A stretch of 64,000 nucleotides of DNA from a virus. Its lineage: Duplodnaviria > Caudoviricetes. The position numbers and the translations under genes are program-made. The notes beneath the pieces are model-generated. The model was not told where the DNA came from, ran no database searches, and saw only the letters and a list, made by a program, of their open reading frames with translations. The stretch covers positions 1 through 64,000 of IMG/VR virus record IMGVR_UViG_2936072512_000001; one strand, 5' to 3'. Below are positions 28,357 to 38,192 of the stretch, one piece after another (the stretch's first letter is position 1; each line of letters begins with the position of its first letter).

Positions 28357-28673
28357 GGATCGCCTCGTGGCGGCTGCGCGCCGCCTGCCGTGGCCAGCCG
28401 CTGGAGCTGTTCTACGGCCCGCCCCGCGACGACGACGACACCGGCCGAGGGCCGCGCGAGACCCCCAGCCAGAAGGCGAAGCGTGAGGCCCGCGCCAAAC
28501 GGTTCTGCGACCAGTGCGAGGTCCTCGACGAGTGCTTGACCGCACAGCTGGCGCTCGGGCGCGGCCAGCAGTACGGCTACGCCGCCGGAATGAACGAGGA
28601 CGAGCGCGTCGCCTACCGCCGCCGCATGATGCGCACCGCCAAGCGGCGCGCCGAGGCGCGGGAGGGGGCGTGA
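28353..28673 (+). CDS. whiB: WhiB family transcriptional regulator
   Basis: WRLRAACRG..LFY, AKRFCDQCEVLDECL, GYAAGMNEDER. Confidence 0.9.
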   Translation: MRIASWRLRAACRGQPLELFYGPPRDDDDTGRGPRETPSQKAKREARAKRFCDQCEVLDECLTAQLALGRGQQYGYAAGMNEDERVAYRRRMMRTAKRRAEAREGA

Positions 28674-28972
28674 GCTACCTCGACGAGCAGCAGCGGCCCC
28701 ACTTCGACGACGCGGTGCGGGCGCTGGCGCACCGCGTCCACGAGCGCGACAAGCAGCCGCCCGAGGACCGCGCCGACCCGAACGCGTGGGCGATCGAGTT
28801 CATGACGTCGCTCCTCGGCCACCACTGGCGCCGGACCGTCCCCGACAAGCCGGCCCCGGCCCGCCGAACGGCTCCGCCCGACTACAGCCGGGCCCAGCAG
28901 CTCCGCCAGGAGGCGGAGCAGATCCGCGACCGCAACAAGCAGCGATGGGAGCAAGAGCATGGCTCGACCTGA
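28670..28972 (+). CDS. hypothetical protein
   Basis: GGAGG RBS, overlap. Confidence 0.6.
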   Translation: MSYLDEQQRPHFDDAVRALAHRVHERDKQPPEDRADPNAWAIEFMTSLLGHHWRRTVPDKPAPARRTAPPDYSRAQQLRQEAEQIRDRNKQRWEQEHGST

Positions 28973-29372
28973 CGTGCAGATCCCCTGGGTGGAGGGCAGC
29001 ATCCCGCGCGACGTGCGGCTGCTGCCCGATGAGGTGAAGCCGCTCGTCCGCTACGAGAAGGCCGAACCGTTCGAGCGGCGGCTACGCCTGGGCGACCCGA
29101 CCAAGGGCCGCGTCGAGCCGGTGCACGTCCTCTACGACGGCGACGGCAACACCTTCCACATGGGGGTGTCGGAGCTGGTCTACACCGTCCAACGCCAGCC
29201 GCTCATCGAGCTCGGCTGGATGGACGGCCCCTGGATCGGCGTGTCCAGCCCGGTCGTCACCAAGCACGAGAAGCACGAGTTGTACGGCATCCAGTACTAC
29301 GACCGCAAGCGGGCCCTGCAGTACACGCAGATGGACCTGCGCCTGTTCCAGCGGATGGGGCAGCTGTCGTGA
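28959..29372 (+). CDS. hypothetical protein
   Basis: typical codon usage, coupled. Confidence 0.65.
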   Translation: MARPDVQIPWVEGSIPRDVRLLPDEVKPLVRYEKAEPFERRLRLGDPTKGRVEPVHVLYDGDGNTFHMGVSELVYTVQRQPLIELGWMDGPWIGVSSPVVTKHEKHELYGIQYYDRKRALQYTQMDLRLFQRMGQLS

Positions 29373-29890
29373 CCAGCGGCATCGACGGCCCCGAGCTCAG
29401 GGACGACATGGCTCCGGCGCAGCTGCGCGCCCTGCACGACGGCACCCTCGCCCGGCTGCGCGACCTGGCCCCCAGCCTGGCCGCCGAGATCGACAGCCTG
29501 CACACCGAGCTGCGGGCGCTGCGTCGCGTCTTCGACTTCTACGAGAACTCCGGCCACATCGAGACCCGCGTGCTCGGCGCGGACGGCACGCCTGGCGAGC
29601 CGTCGCACCCGGACTTCTGCCCCGGCTGCATGGCCGAGCGGCTCGAGGTCGCCGAGGCCGAGGTGACCGCCGTCGCCGCGCAGCTGACCGGCCGGTGGGC
29701 GGAGTGGCTGCAGCAGGTCGGCTTCCCTCTCGATCACGCCTACGGCGCGGGCGCGCTTCCGCCGTACGACCTGGCCGCGCTCGCCAAGGCGTGGCACACC
29801 AACGACGACGCGGCCCTGTCGGAGCAGGAATGGGCCGAGCTGCTCCGCGTCGAGATCCACGGCCCCGGGCGGGAGGAGCGCGATGTCTAA
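29369..29890 (+). CDS. hypothetical protein
   Basis: coupled. Confidence 0.65.
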   Translation: MTSGIDGPELRDDMAPAQLRALHDGTLARLRDLAPSLAAEIDSLHTELRALRRVFDFYENSGHIETRVLGADGTPGEPSHPDFCPGCMAERLEVAEAEVTAVAAQLTGRWAEWLQQVGFPLDHAYGAGALPPYDLAALAKAWHTNDDAALSEQEWAELLRVEIHGPGREERDV

Positions 29891-30098
29891 ATCGCTGCGC
29901 CTGCTCGGCGAGCTCGACTCCGGCCTGGTGCTGCTGGCCGGGCTCGTGTTCTTCCAGATCTCCCAGGTCGCCGACTCGTTCGTCGACCCCGAGACGCCGT
30001 TCGCGTGGAACGCGCTGTTCGTCGGCGTGCTCGCGTTCGGCTGGCTGCTGACCCTCCTCACCCTCAACGCAGAACGCAAGGAGCACCCCGATGCCTGA
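29883..30098 (+). CDS. small membrane protein
   Basis: two hydrophobic helices; GGAGG RBS. Confidence 0.6.
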   Translation: MSKSLRLLGELDSGLVLLAGLVFFQISQVADSFVDPETPFAWNALFVGVLAFGWLLTLLTLNAERKEHPDA

Positions 30099-30438
30099 CT
30101 ACGAGGCGCCGTTCGACGCTGGCGGCAACCTGATGCACTACGCGAGGAAGCCCTACCACGGCCAGGCCGCCTACTACCAGGCGCACGAGTGGCGGCCCAA
30201 CGAGCCGTTCGTGGCCACCCTCACGATGGCCTCGACCAGGCGGGGACGCTCGGCCGCCTACTTCATCTGGGCGGACGCCGAAGGGCGCACCTACCCGATG
30301 TTCATGACCGACGTCGCCGACCTGGTCCGCGACGCCGTCATCAACCAGGGCACCGTCACCGGCCAGTGGACGGTCCGCAAGCGCGGCGAAAACTTCGGGA
30401 TCCGCTTCCACGGGCCCGCCGAGGCGGTGACCGCGTGA
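30091..30438 (+). CDS. hypothetical phage protein
   Basis: AAGGAG RBS. Confidence 0.7.
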   Translation: MPDYEAPFDAGGNLMHYARKPYHGQAAYYQAHEWRPNEPFVATLTMASTRRGRSAAYFIWADAEGRTYPMFMTDVADLVRDAVINQGTVTGQWTVRKRGENFGIRFHGPAEAVTA

Positions 30439-30836
30439 GCGAGCAGATGACCCTCACCGACTGGCGCGGCAACCCGTACACGGTCGGCACCACGGTGCTC
30501 TACCCGCGCATGTCCGGCCGCAGCTGCGAGATCTGCGAGGGCGTCGTCGTCGACATCTGGGAAGCCGTCTACGACCGCAAGCTCTACAAGTGGGTCCGCG
30601 CCAATCCCGACAAGCTCGCGCACCAGGCCGTCACCGGCCGGGACCGCGAGATGCGAGTGAAGATCCAGCCCAACGGGCGCGGCAGCCGCGACTTCTACCG
30701 CAGCGACTCCCGCGCCGCCCGTGACGAGAACGGCGACTACGTCTACGACGACGACGGCCACATGGTCTTCGAGAAGGTCGACCTCAAGCCCGTCACCCTC
30801 ACGATCATCGAGAACGTCACGGTGCTGACGTCATGA
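30435..30836 (+). CDS. hypothetical phage protein
   Basis: GTGA overlap. Confidence 0.7.
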   Translation: MSEQMTLTDWRGNPYTVGTTVLYPRMSGRSCEICEGVVVDIWEAVYDRKLYKWVRANPDKLAHQAVTGRDREMRVKIQPNGRGSRDFYRSDSRAARDENGDYVYDDDGHMVFEKVDLKPVTLTIIENVTVLTS

Positions 30837-31024
30837 ACGCCTCAGCCAACTGCCAGCTGGGCGAACCGTCCGACCTGCCCAACCCGGCCGGTGGCGGCGT
30901 CGCCGGGATCGCGTGCGCGTGCGGCTGGTCGATGGTCGCCCCTTATGTCCGCGAGACCGGCCGGCCCGTGGCCGCCCGCCTCGTCCGCGCCCACGGCGAG
31001 CGCCACCTGCGAGGAGAAGAATGA
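30833..31024 (+). CDS. small hypothetical protein (CxCGW...H)
   Basis: coupled on both sides. Confidence 0.5.
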   Translation: MNASANCQLGEPSDLPNPAGGGVAGIACACGWSMVAPYVRETGRPVAARLVRAHGERHLRGEE

Positions 31025-31803
31025 CCACCCCGCACGCCCGAGCCCTGCAGCTCCTCACCGAAACCGGGCTCGTCTTCCCCGTCCGCGACCTCGTGCGCGG
31101 CCCAGAGTCACGCTCGCGCACGAACGCCGAAGCCGCGCAGCGCGCCCTCGACGTGCTCGACGAGCACGACCTGCTCGTGGTCCCCGCAGCCGAGCACTGC
31201 ATCACCTCGAAGGCGTGCCGACAGGCCAGCGTCGACCGCGACCGCGCCGACACCGAGCTGACCGCTGTACGGCGACAGCTGACCGCCGCCCGGATGGAAC
31301 GCGACGCGCTGATCGCGGAAGCCAGGCTGACGCGCGGCCAGGCTGCGCAGGAACAGCTGGAGAAGACCGCCCGGGATCTGCGCCTGGCGGAGATGCGCGC
31401 CACCAACTGGGAGGCGTACGCGGGCGACGTGGCGCGGCAACTCAACCACAAGGTTCAGGAGGTCACGGCCGAGCGAGACGAGCTGCAGAAGAGGGTGGCC
31501 GGCTACGAGAACGGCATCTGCTGGGACACCACATGTCTCGGGTGCGCCAAGCTCCTGGACCGCTGCTACGCGGCTGACGCCCGCCGCGACGCGGCCGACA
31601 AGAAGATCGCAGCGGTGCTCGGGTTGCACCGGCAGGGCGAGGTCGAAAAGTGGGTGCCGTGTGAGGAGCACCTCACGTACTTCGCGAAGCAGTCGTACTG
31701 CGGCATGTGCGCCGAGCGGCCGGTGCAGGTCTGCGAGGAGTGCAAGCAGCCGTGGCCGTGCCGTACCGCCCAAGCCCTGCAGGGAGGCTCCGATGGCGTT
31801 TAA
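31021..31803 (+). CDS. coiled-coil, Cys-containing hypothetical protein
   Basis: GAGGAG RBS; C-terminal CEEC..WPC.T. Confidence 0.65.
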   Translation: MTTPHARALQLLTETGLVFPVRDLVRGPESRSRTNAEAAQRALDVLDEHDLLVVPAAEHCITSKACRQASVDRDRADTELTAVRRQLTAARMERDALIAEARLTRGQAAQEQLEKTARDLRLAEMRATNWEAYAGDVARQLNHKVQEVTAERDELQKRVAGYENGICWDTTCLGCAKLLDRCYAADARRDAADKKIAAVLGLHRQGEVEKWVPCEEHLTYFAKQSYCGMCAERPVQVCEECKQPWPCRTAQALQGGSDGV

Positions 31804-32230
31804 GTCGCCGTGGCAGCCCGAGCCGAAGGTGCCGGACGGGTTCGTCCTGTTCTACCGCGGCGTCGGCAGGCAGATATTCGTGCGCCGCTGGGCGCCCGGC
31901 GACGCCGACCACTGCTCGAACGCCGGCCGGAAGGGCGTCATCCCGTGCCTTCCGCCCGCCGTGGTGTCGCTCACGATCCTCTGGCTGGGGTCCCGCGAGC
32001 GCGAGCGGCGCACCGGCACGCTCTGCCTCCTGCACGTTCCTGGCAGCGCAGGCACGACCGTCATCGCCCGCCACGGGATCAAGCACGCCACGGAGCGGCT
32101 GATCCGCGAGCACCGCGCCCGCTTCGACCAGCTGGTGGAGCTGGAGACGCGGGCAATGATCGACCAGGCGATCGGGGCCGCCACCGGCATGCTCGACCAG
32201 CTCTTCGCCGAGGAGGCCGACCGTGTCTGA
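31793..32230 (+). CDS. hypothetical protein
   Basis: GGAGG RBS. Confidence 0.6.
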   Translation: MAFKSPWQPEPKVPDGFVLFYRGVGRQIFVRRWAPGDADHCSNAGRKGVIPCLPPAVVSLTILWLGSRERERRTGTLCLLHVPGSAGTTVIARHGIKHATERLIREHRARFDQLVELETRAMIDQAIGAATGMLDQLFAEEADRV

Positions 32231-32355
32231 CCAGCCAACCGACGAGCAGGAGTGGCCAGACACGGGCGGCTGCACCGAGTGGTCGTGCCTCTACCACGGC
32301 GAGATCAACCGGGCCCGCGCCCAGGCCGAGCGGGCACGCAGGCGGGAGACGTCAG

Positions 32356-32775
32356 GTGAGTGAGCTGCCCACGATCGCCTACACCGGCTCCCGCGACGCC
32401 GACCGCGACCGCGTCCGCGCCGACCTGGCGCTGCTGCACAAGCGGAACGGCGACTTCCACCTCATCGTCGGCTACGACCCCGAGCGCCGACAGCCGCGCG
32501 GCGGCGACCGGCACGCCCACGAGTACGCCGTCGAGCACGGCCTGACCGTCGAGTGCTGGCCAGCCCTGTGGCAGGTGCCCGAGCTGGCCAAGACCGCGGG
32601 CCTCTACCGCAACGGGCTCATGCTCGGCCTGGCCATGGCACGCCAGATCGACGGCGGACGCGTCGGCGTGCTCGCCCACCTGAAGGACGGCTCGACAGGC
32701 TCGGCCGGGACCGCCGCCTACGCCGCGGCGCTCGGCCTGCCCGTGTGGCGCAGACCAGCAGGCAGGCCCGAGTGA
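32356..32775 (+). CDS. SLOG/YspA-like (DUF2493-like) protein
   Basis: TGSRD, GGD..A..YA, AG..RN..ML, GS.GT...A. Confidence 0.7.
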   Translation: MSELPTIAYTGSRDADRDRVRADLALLHKRNGDFHLIVGYDPERRQPRGGDRHAHEYAVEHGLTVECWPALWQVPELAKTAGLYRNGLMLGLAMARQIDGGRVGVLAHLKDGSTGSAGTAAYAAALGLPVWRRPAGRPE

Positions 32776-33131
32776 GGCGCAAATCCAGCAGAAGCATCGT
32801 CCTGGGCGCCGCCTTCACCGTCACCGCGGCCGCCATCCTGATCGCCGTGGTCACCTACCCGGACGATCCGGAGGTGGTCGCCGACTGCGTCGAGGCCACA
32901 CCCCAACCGGACGGCAGCCATCTGGTGGTGCCGGACAGCTACTGCGGTTCGAGCTCGACCGTGGTGGTGGTCAACGGCTCCTCCTACCAGTACGTGTACG
33001 GCGCAACCAGCTCAGGCCGTTACGCGCGCGGCGGCACCCTCGTGCGGCCCACAGGCGTGACGATCACCACCAGGTCAGGCACAACCGTTGTCCGAGGCGG
33101 CTTCGGAGGACGAGGAGGAAGCGGTTCATGA
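32772..33131 (+). CDS. membrane-anchored protein with RGGFG tail
   Basis: N-terminal TM, two Cys, RGGFGGRGGSGS end. Confidence 0.65.
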   Translation: MRRKSSRSIVLGAAFTVTAAAILIAVVTYPDDPEVVADCVEATPQPDGSHLVVPDSYCGSSSTVVVVNGSSYQYVYGATSSGRYARGGTLVRPTGVTITTRSGTTVVRGGFGGRGGSGS

Positions 33132-34216
33132 GCAAGACCCGAGACGTGACGAAGATGGTCCACGAAGAAGCCAACCGGCTCGCGTTGCGGGTCGAGCGCG
33201 TCGACAGCGGTTGGGCGGTCACCTCCGTCCACCACCCGACCGGCCGCGTCCACGTCGTGCCGTACCGGCTGGGCGGCAGCGAGTTCTACAACCAGCGCGC
33301 CCAGATGCGCCGCCTGGCCAGGGAAGCCGACCAGCACGTGCTGAGCAAGCTGGTGCCGGTGATGGCCGCCGCTGCGGCTGGCCGCGATTCGGTGGAGACG
33401 CTCGTCGAGGGCGCCCGCGCTGACGGCATCCAGGTGTACGTCGCCGGCGGCATGCTCAACGTGGCCGGCCCGCTCGACGTGCTGCCCGGCTGGCGCGACC
33501 TGCTGATGGCGCGCGAGCAGGAGGTCATCAACCACCTCGCCCCGCCCCGGGGCGCAGAGCCCGCCGACCAGTCCGCCGACCAGCCCGACCCCCAGCCTGA
33601 CCCTGCCCCCGAGCCAGAAGCCGATCCATCGATAGGAGACGACATCCACGTGCGCGACATCACCGAAGACGCCGAGCTGCTGTACCGCAGGCTCCTGGAC
33701 GAAGCCAAGAAGCAGGGCCTCGCACCGCAGAAGCAGTTCGGCGTGCTCGGGCTGGTCTGGAAGGGTGCGCTGAAGCATTTCGTGGCCACCGAAGCCCCCT
33801 CCTGGGCCAACGATTACATGCGGGAGGTGGCCGAGTACCTGAAGAACACGCGGCACATCCGCAACCTCAGCCATGGCCACCACACCAAGTGGTGGATCGC
33901 CCCGGCCTGGAGCAGCGACCTGATCGTGGTCCGCCCGAAGCCGCCTGCCGATGGGCAGGACACGCAGGAGCAGCTGCCCATCGCGTCGGCGGTCGCCCTC
34001 GACAGGGTGAAGGGGCTCGCCGACCGTCTGGCAACGGCCGAGAAGTCTGCGGCCCGCGCCGAGCGTCTGTCCGCGGCGCTCGTCGCCGAGCGGAAGAAGT
34101 CGGCCGAGCTGGCTGCCGAGCTGCGGGAGACGCGCGGCCTGCTCGATGGGGCGCGGGCTGAGCTCGCCGAGTGGAAGGTCGTCGAGGACGGTCTGAAGAA
34201 GCTGGGGCTGGCGTGA
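33128..34216 (+). CDS. multidomain hypothetical protein with C-terminal coiled coil
   Basis: GAGGAGG RBS; 362 aa ORF. Confidence 0.7.
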   Translation: MSKTRDVTKMVHEEANRLALRVERVDSGWAVTSVHHPTGRVHVVPYRLGGSEFYNQRAQMRRLAREADQHVLSKLVPVMAAAAAGRDSVETLVEGARADGIQVYVAGGMLNVAGPLDVLPGWRDLLMAREQEVINHLAPPRGAEPADQSADQPDPQPDPAPEPEADPSIGDDIHVRDITEDAELLYRRLLDEAKKQGLAPQKQFGVLGLVWKGALKHFVATEAPSWANDYMREVAEYLKNTRHIRNLSHGHHTKWWIAPAWSSDLIVVRPKPPADGQDTQEQLPIASAVALDRVKGLADRLATAEKSAARAERLSAALVAERKKSAELAAELRETRGLLDGARAELAEWKVVEDGLKKLGLA

Positions 34217-34497
34217 GCGAGGTCCTTGTGCTGCCGCCCGCGAAGGAGCTGGCGCTGTGCCACGTCGACTCCACCGAGGAGTTCGTGCCCGACGTCGAGC
34301 CGTGCGGTCGGGAGTCGGTGATCGTGCTGCTGATGGGGTGTCTGCACGAGCACATCGGCCTCACCCCGGTCTGCCAGTTCCACGTCCAGGCCGCAGCGCT
34401 CGGCGAGATGGTGTGCCCGAACTGCACGTGCCACGTCTGCCCGCTGGTCGCGGTCGCCGAGGTGACCGCGTCGGGGGAGCAGGTGCCGATCAGGTGA
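34213..34497 (+). CDS. Cys-rich hypothetical protein
   Basis: GTGA overlap. Confidence 0.55.
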   Translation: MSEVLVLPPAKELALCHVDSTEEFVPDVEPCGRESVIVLLMGCLHEHIGLTPVCQFHVQAAALGEMVCPNCTCHVCPLVAVAEVTASGEQVPIR

Positions 34498-34636
34498 CCG
34501 GCCTGGTACGGCACCGTTGGCCGATGCGTGCCGCCCGTCGCCCTCCGCGTGGTCGGGGGCGGCGGGCGGCGCCGTCTACGGTTTGTGCTGACGCCCTTCC
34601 CTCAAGGGCCGCCAGGAGGATCTTGAGGGGAGTGGT

Positions 34637-35038
34637 GTGGCTGCAGAACTCGTCGGGGAGGTCGCCGCGTGGCTCGGAACCCCAGCAGCGAGAGGGATGA
34701 CGCAGGCTGAGCGGGTCGTGCTGTTCATCATCGCCGAGCGGTCGAAGAAGGAGACACGCCGCATGCTGTGGCACCGCGGCGACCGCGACGACGACGGCAA
34801 GAAGATCACCCTCACCGAAACCATCTGCCTGCGGGCCGGCCTCGGCCCCCGCGGACTCAACGAAGTCCTGCAGCGGCTCGCCGCCCGCGGGCTCGAGGTG
34901 CGGATCGCGATCGGCACCGACGCGTCGGGGCGAGTGGTGTTCGCCCGGCGCGGGCACGCGGTCGACTACCGGCTGCCGGAGCTGCCCGCCTCGGTCCAGA
35001 TGCCGCCGAGGACAGGCCACGCTCCGGCCGTACCCTAA
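34637..35038 (+). CDS. winged-HTH protein resembling the N-terminus of phage replication initiators
   Basis: MTQAERVVLFIIAE...ICLRAGLGPRGLNEVLQRL; function inferred. Confidence 0.55.
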   Translation: MAAELVGEVAAWLGTPAARGMTQAERVVLFIIAERSKKETRRMLWHRGDRDDDGKKITLTETICLRAGLGPRGLNEVLQRLAARGLEVRIAIGTDASGRVVFARRGHAVDYRLPELPASVQMPPRTGHAPAVP

Positions 35039-35331
35039 GCGGCCAGCTTCGGAGGCTCCTCGCCATCCTGATCAGGGTCTTCGTGGCGCTCCTCGACGGC
35101 CTGGTCGTCGCGCTCGTCAACCTCGGCCGCGCCCTTCGAGTTGCCCCTGCCGGGGAACAGCAGCTCGATGATGACCGCGACGACCGCGACGACCGCCGCG
35201 GCGGAGGCGACGCGGTCGTTCGGCACCAGCACACCCAGCACGGCGGCGGCCACGAGGGCCAGGATGATCCGACGCTGCCGCGTCGCGACCAGCCATGAGG
35301 CACACTGGATGATGAACCGGAAGAAACGCAT
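35035..35331 (-). CDS. small two-TM membrane protein
   Basis: hydrophobic; divergent from the XRE gene. Confidence 0.5.
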   Translation of the reverse strand: MRFFRFIIQCASWLVATRQRRIILALVAAAVLGVLVPNDRVASAAAVVAVVAVIIELLFPGRGNSKGAAEVDERDDQAVEERHEDPDQDGEEPPKLAA

Positions 35332-35409
35332 GTGACGTGCTCACTTTCGGTCGGCATCTGTCCGAGGCTGCTGCCTGAAGGTCGCGAGCCAGAGCGGCAG
35401 CAGTCCGGA

Positions 35410-35434
35410 CAGTGTCCGGATTCTCCGGACACTG
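35410..35434. promoter_or_regulatory. inverted-repeat operator
   Basis: CAGTGTCCGGA-ttc-TCCGGACACTG between divergent genes. Confidence 0.55.
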
Positions 35435-35562
35435 AATCCATTAAAAACCCCTGATGACGCTGGGATGCGGCGCGCACCGGACAACGACCCACTAGGGTGA
35501 CAAGTGGGAGATATCTGGAGTACGCCGGGATTCCGCCCGGGTCAAATAGGAAGCATTCACAC

Positions 35563-36315
35563 ATGCCCAAGAAGCCCCTCGGCCGGCCCAAGGCCCCGCC
35601 CGGACCCCAGTACGACTTCTTCGACTTGCTGCAGCGCACCGTCCGGCGGCACGACGATCCATCTCTGGACCAGCTCGCCCTGGCGACGCATCGCAGCAAG
35701 GCCGTGCTTCACCGGCACCTCGTCGGACCAAGGCTCCCGAGTGTTGATCTCCTGGATCGCCTGCTTAGGGCTCTGAAGTGCTCACAGGAGGAGCGGGAGG
35801 CGATCGGAGCGGCGTACACCGCAGCTCACGAGGACCAGATCGAGCGCACCCGCAATGCACAACAGCAGCAACCTGCGGAGTCTCGCCCTGTCACGGACCT
35901 TGCCTATGACCTTTCCTTCCTTCGTCAGCAAGGGCTGCTCGCCATGTATGAATGGGCGTCGGAGCTGCGGCGTCTGCGAGCTGATGCCGGGAACCCGAGC
36001 CTGCGCGCGATCATGGACGAAGCTGACAGGCAGGGAATCCAGCGAATCTCCAGGGGCGGGCTGGCTGAATGGCTCACTGGCCGCGGAATGCCGCGCAAGT
36101 TCGAGGCCGTCGAGCCTGTGATGGAGATGCTGGAGCGGGTCGGGACCGGGGTCGGTGTGGACAGTGAGGTAGACCCACTGCGCCGCGACCACTGGCGGAA
36201 GCTGTACAACCGGGCGCAGAGTGAGCGGAACCTGCTCTCCCACAGCGCGGCCCTGATTGGCGACACGGGGGTCGACCGAGGGCAAGACCTGTGGATACCT
36301 CCTAGACGATCATGA
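35563..36315 (+). CDS. double XRE-HTH protein
   Basis: PSLDQLA..RSKAVLHRHL.G.RLPS and ELRRLRADAGNPSLR..ISRGGLAEWL.G. Confidence 0.75.
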   Translation: MPKKPLGRPKAPPGPQYDFFDLLQRTVRRHDDPSLDQLALATHRSKAVLHRHLVGPRLPSVDLLDRLLRALKCSQEEREAIGAAYTAAHEDQIERTRNAQQQQPAESRPVTDLAYDLSFLRQQGLLAMYEWASELRRLRADAGNPSLRAIMDEADRQGIQRISRGGLAEWLTGRGMPRKFEAVEPVMEMLERVGTGVGVDSEVDPLRRDHWRKLYNRAQSERNLLSHSAALIGDTGVDRGQDLWIPPRRS

Positions 36316-36508
36316 GTTAGGTCACGGTGAGAGCGTGGCCCGTACTCCACGCTGCGACCGTACCCTAACCCCCTGTTAGGCCACGCCCAGACCGTAGCCC
36401 CTGTCCGTAACAACCTCCCTTCACTGATATCCAGAGAAAGATCCCGCCGACCACCTACAGCTGTAAGGGGGAGATGATCACGCCTCGAACCTGTGGAGAA
36501 CCGGACAG

Positions 36509-36724
36509 ATGACCATGGGACGCGTCACCGCCTACGCCATCACCTGCGACACCGAAGGCTGCCCCCTCGGCGCCGCCAACTTCGACAACAACCTCGACGA
36601 CCTCCGCGCCTACGCCGCCGCCCAAGGCTGGACCCGCTGCGCAGACGACCGCGACCACTGCCCCGACCACTCGCCCCGGGTCCAGCGCACCTTCCTCGAC
36701 GTCCTCCTCGGCCGAACCCGATGA
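36509..36724 (+). CDS. small Cys/His protein
   Basis: CD..GC...GW....DHCPDH. Confidence 0.6.
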   Translation: MTMGRVTAYAITCDTEGCPLGAANFDNNLDDLRAYAAAQGWTRCADDRDHCPDHSPRVQRTFLDVLLGRTR

Positions 36725-36906
36725 CGCACCCGCTCTTCCACCGCGGCCAGTTCTACTCCTGGGCCTACGAACAGACCATGACCCGCCTCGGCCGCCGCGA
36801 ACTCCACGGCCTCCATCACGCCTGGGTCCGCAACCGCGCCGACGCCGTACGCGACCAGCCCCGCCTCGCCGCCATCAAGACCGCATACCGCCGCAAGCGC
36901 AGGTAG
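36721..36906 (+). CDS. hypothetical protein
   Basis: ATGA overlap. Confidence 0.5.
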   Translation: MTHPLFHRGQFYSWAYEQTMTRLGRRELHGLHHAWVRNRADAVRDQPRLAAIKTAYRRKRR

Positions 36907-37390
36907 TTGGCGTACCCCACCACCAGCCACAGGGCCGCTGACCAGCACAAACGCGGGAAGCGCAGAAGCGGGCACCCCCCGACACCCCACGCAGGCCCCC
37001 GCCGTACCCCTCGTCGCTGCTGCCTTTCACCACAGACACCGTTGCAGGCGGACGCAACAGTGCCACAGCAGTGCCCCTAGAAGGAGCTGCAAGGGGTCAC
37101 AGGCGGACGAACAGGGCAAGGTCGGTACAGTGAGACCAGAACGCACCCAAGGCGGTCACAGAGGCACTACAGGGACGCACAGAAGATCCGAGCAAAGTAG
37201 ACCGTAGTCCGGTTAGGGGATTTGGGGGAGGGGTGAGGCTGTGCCGTCGCCGGCGCGCGTCCCCGCCGGCGCCCTGCCGAACGATCTTGGAACGGGCGGC
37301 GACATAGCCTCTGGCCAGGCTTTATAACGATCAGCTAACTTTCACTATCGCGTATACCTATATCCCCTTGACGTGCGTCATGATCGCTCC

Positions 37391-38191
37391 ATGTCCATCA
37401 CACAGAACACGCGAGGCGCACTCGCCGCACTGGCCCTAGCGGTCAGCACGGCAGGCGCTTTCGCTCTCACCGTGGACCCCACGTGTGAGACACCGGGGAT
37501 CGTGTGCATCCCCGGTCCCCCCGGTCCTGCCGGAGCCACCGGCCCCGCTGGAGCCCCTGGCCTGTCGGCCTACGACCTGGCCGTGCAGCAGGGCTACACC
37601 GGCAACCTGTCGGAATGGCTGGAGTCCCTTCGCGGCCCCGCTGGACCCACCGGCACCCCCGGTCCCACCGGTCCGCAGGGAAGCACCGGCCCCACCGGCC
37701 CCGCTGGCCCTATCGGGTCGCCTGGCCCCAAGGGGGAGAGGGGCGAACGCGGGGAGACCGGTCCCACCGGCCCCGCAGGCAAGCCGGGTACGCCCGGTCC
37801 CAGCGGTTCCCCCGGTCCGAAGGGCGACCGTGGCGACGTGGGGCCTACCGGCCCCGCTGGCGCTGTCGGCCCCGCTGGCTCCCCCGGTCCGAAGGGCGAC
37901 CCAGGGCGCGCCGGTACCGACTCGGCCAGCACCCGACGCGACCCCGCCAACACCCCCACGAACACCCCCACCGACACCGGCATGGGCGACACCCGCAACA
38001 CGTCGTCGGGCTTCCCCGTCGCGCCCGTGGCAGGCGGGGGCATCGGCCTGGTCCTGCTGGCCATCGCCACCGCTGTCGCGCTGAAGCACCGGCGCGCGAA
38101 CCATGCCCGTCAGGCGACGATTCCTAGCGGTTCCGCTACCAACCCTGCTGACGGCACCCCCGCCGTTGGCGACGACACCAAGGAGATCTGA
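37391..38191 (+). CDS. secreted, membrane-anchored collagen-like protein
   Basis: signal peptide, long Gly-X-Y run, [19 protein letters not shown] motif, C-terminal TM plus KHRR. Confidence 0.85.
   Translation: MSITQNTRGALAALALAVSTAGAFALTVDPTCETPGIVCIPGPPGPAGATGPAGAPGLSAYDLAVQQGYTGNLSEWLESLRGPAGPTGTPGPTGPQGSTGPTGPAGPIGSPGPKGERGERGETGPTGPAGKPGTPGPSGSPGPKGDRGDVGPTGPAGAVGPAGSPGPKGDPGRAGTDSASTRRDPANTPTNTPTDTGMGDTRNTSSGFPVAPVAGGGIGLVLLAIATAVALKHRRANHARQATIPSGSATNPADGTPAVGDDTKEI
38125..38138. promoter_or_regulatory. TAGCG-N4-CGCTA palindrome (intragenic)
   Basis: CC-TAGCGGTTCCGCTA-C, 55 bp before the next start. Confidence 0.7.
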
Positions 38192-38192
38192 C

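Noticed and set aside
37510-37915. DNA repeats in the collagen gene as a separate repeat element
   Set aside because: Explained by Gly-X-Y coding
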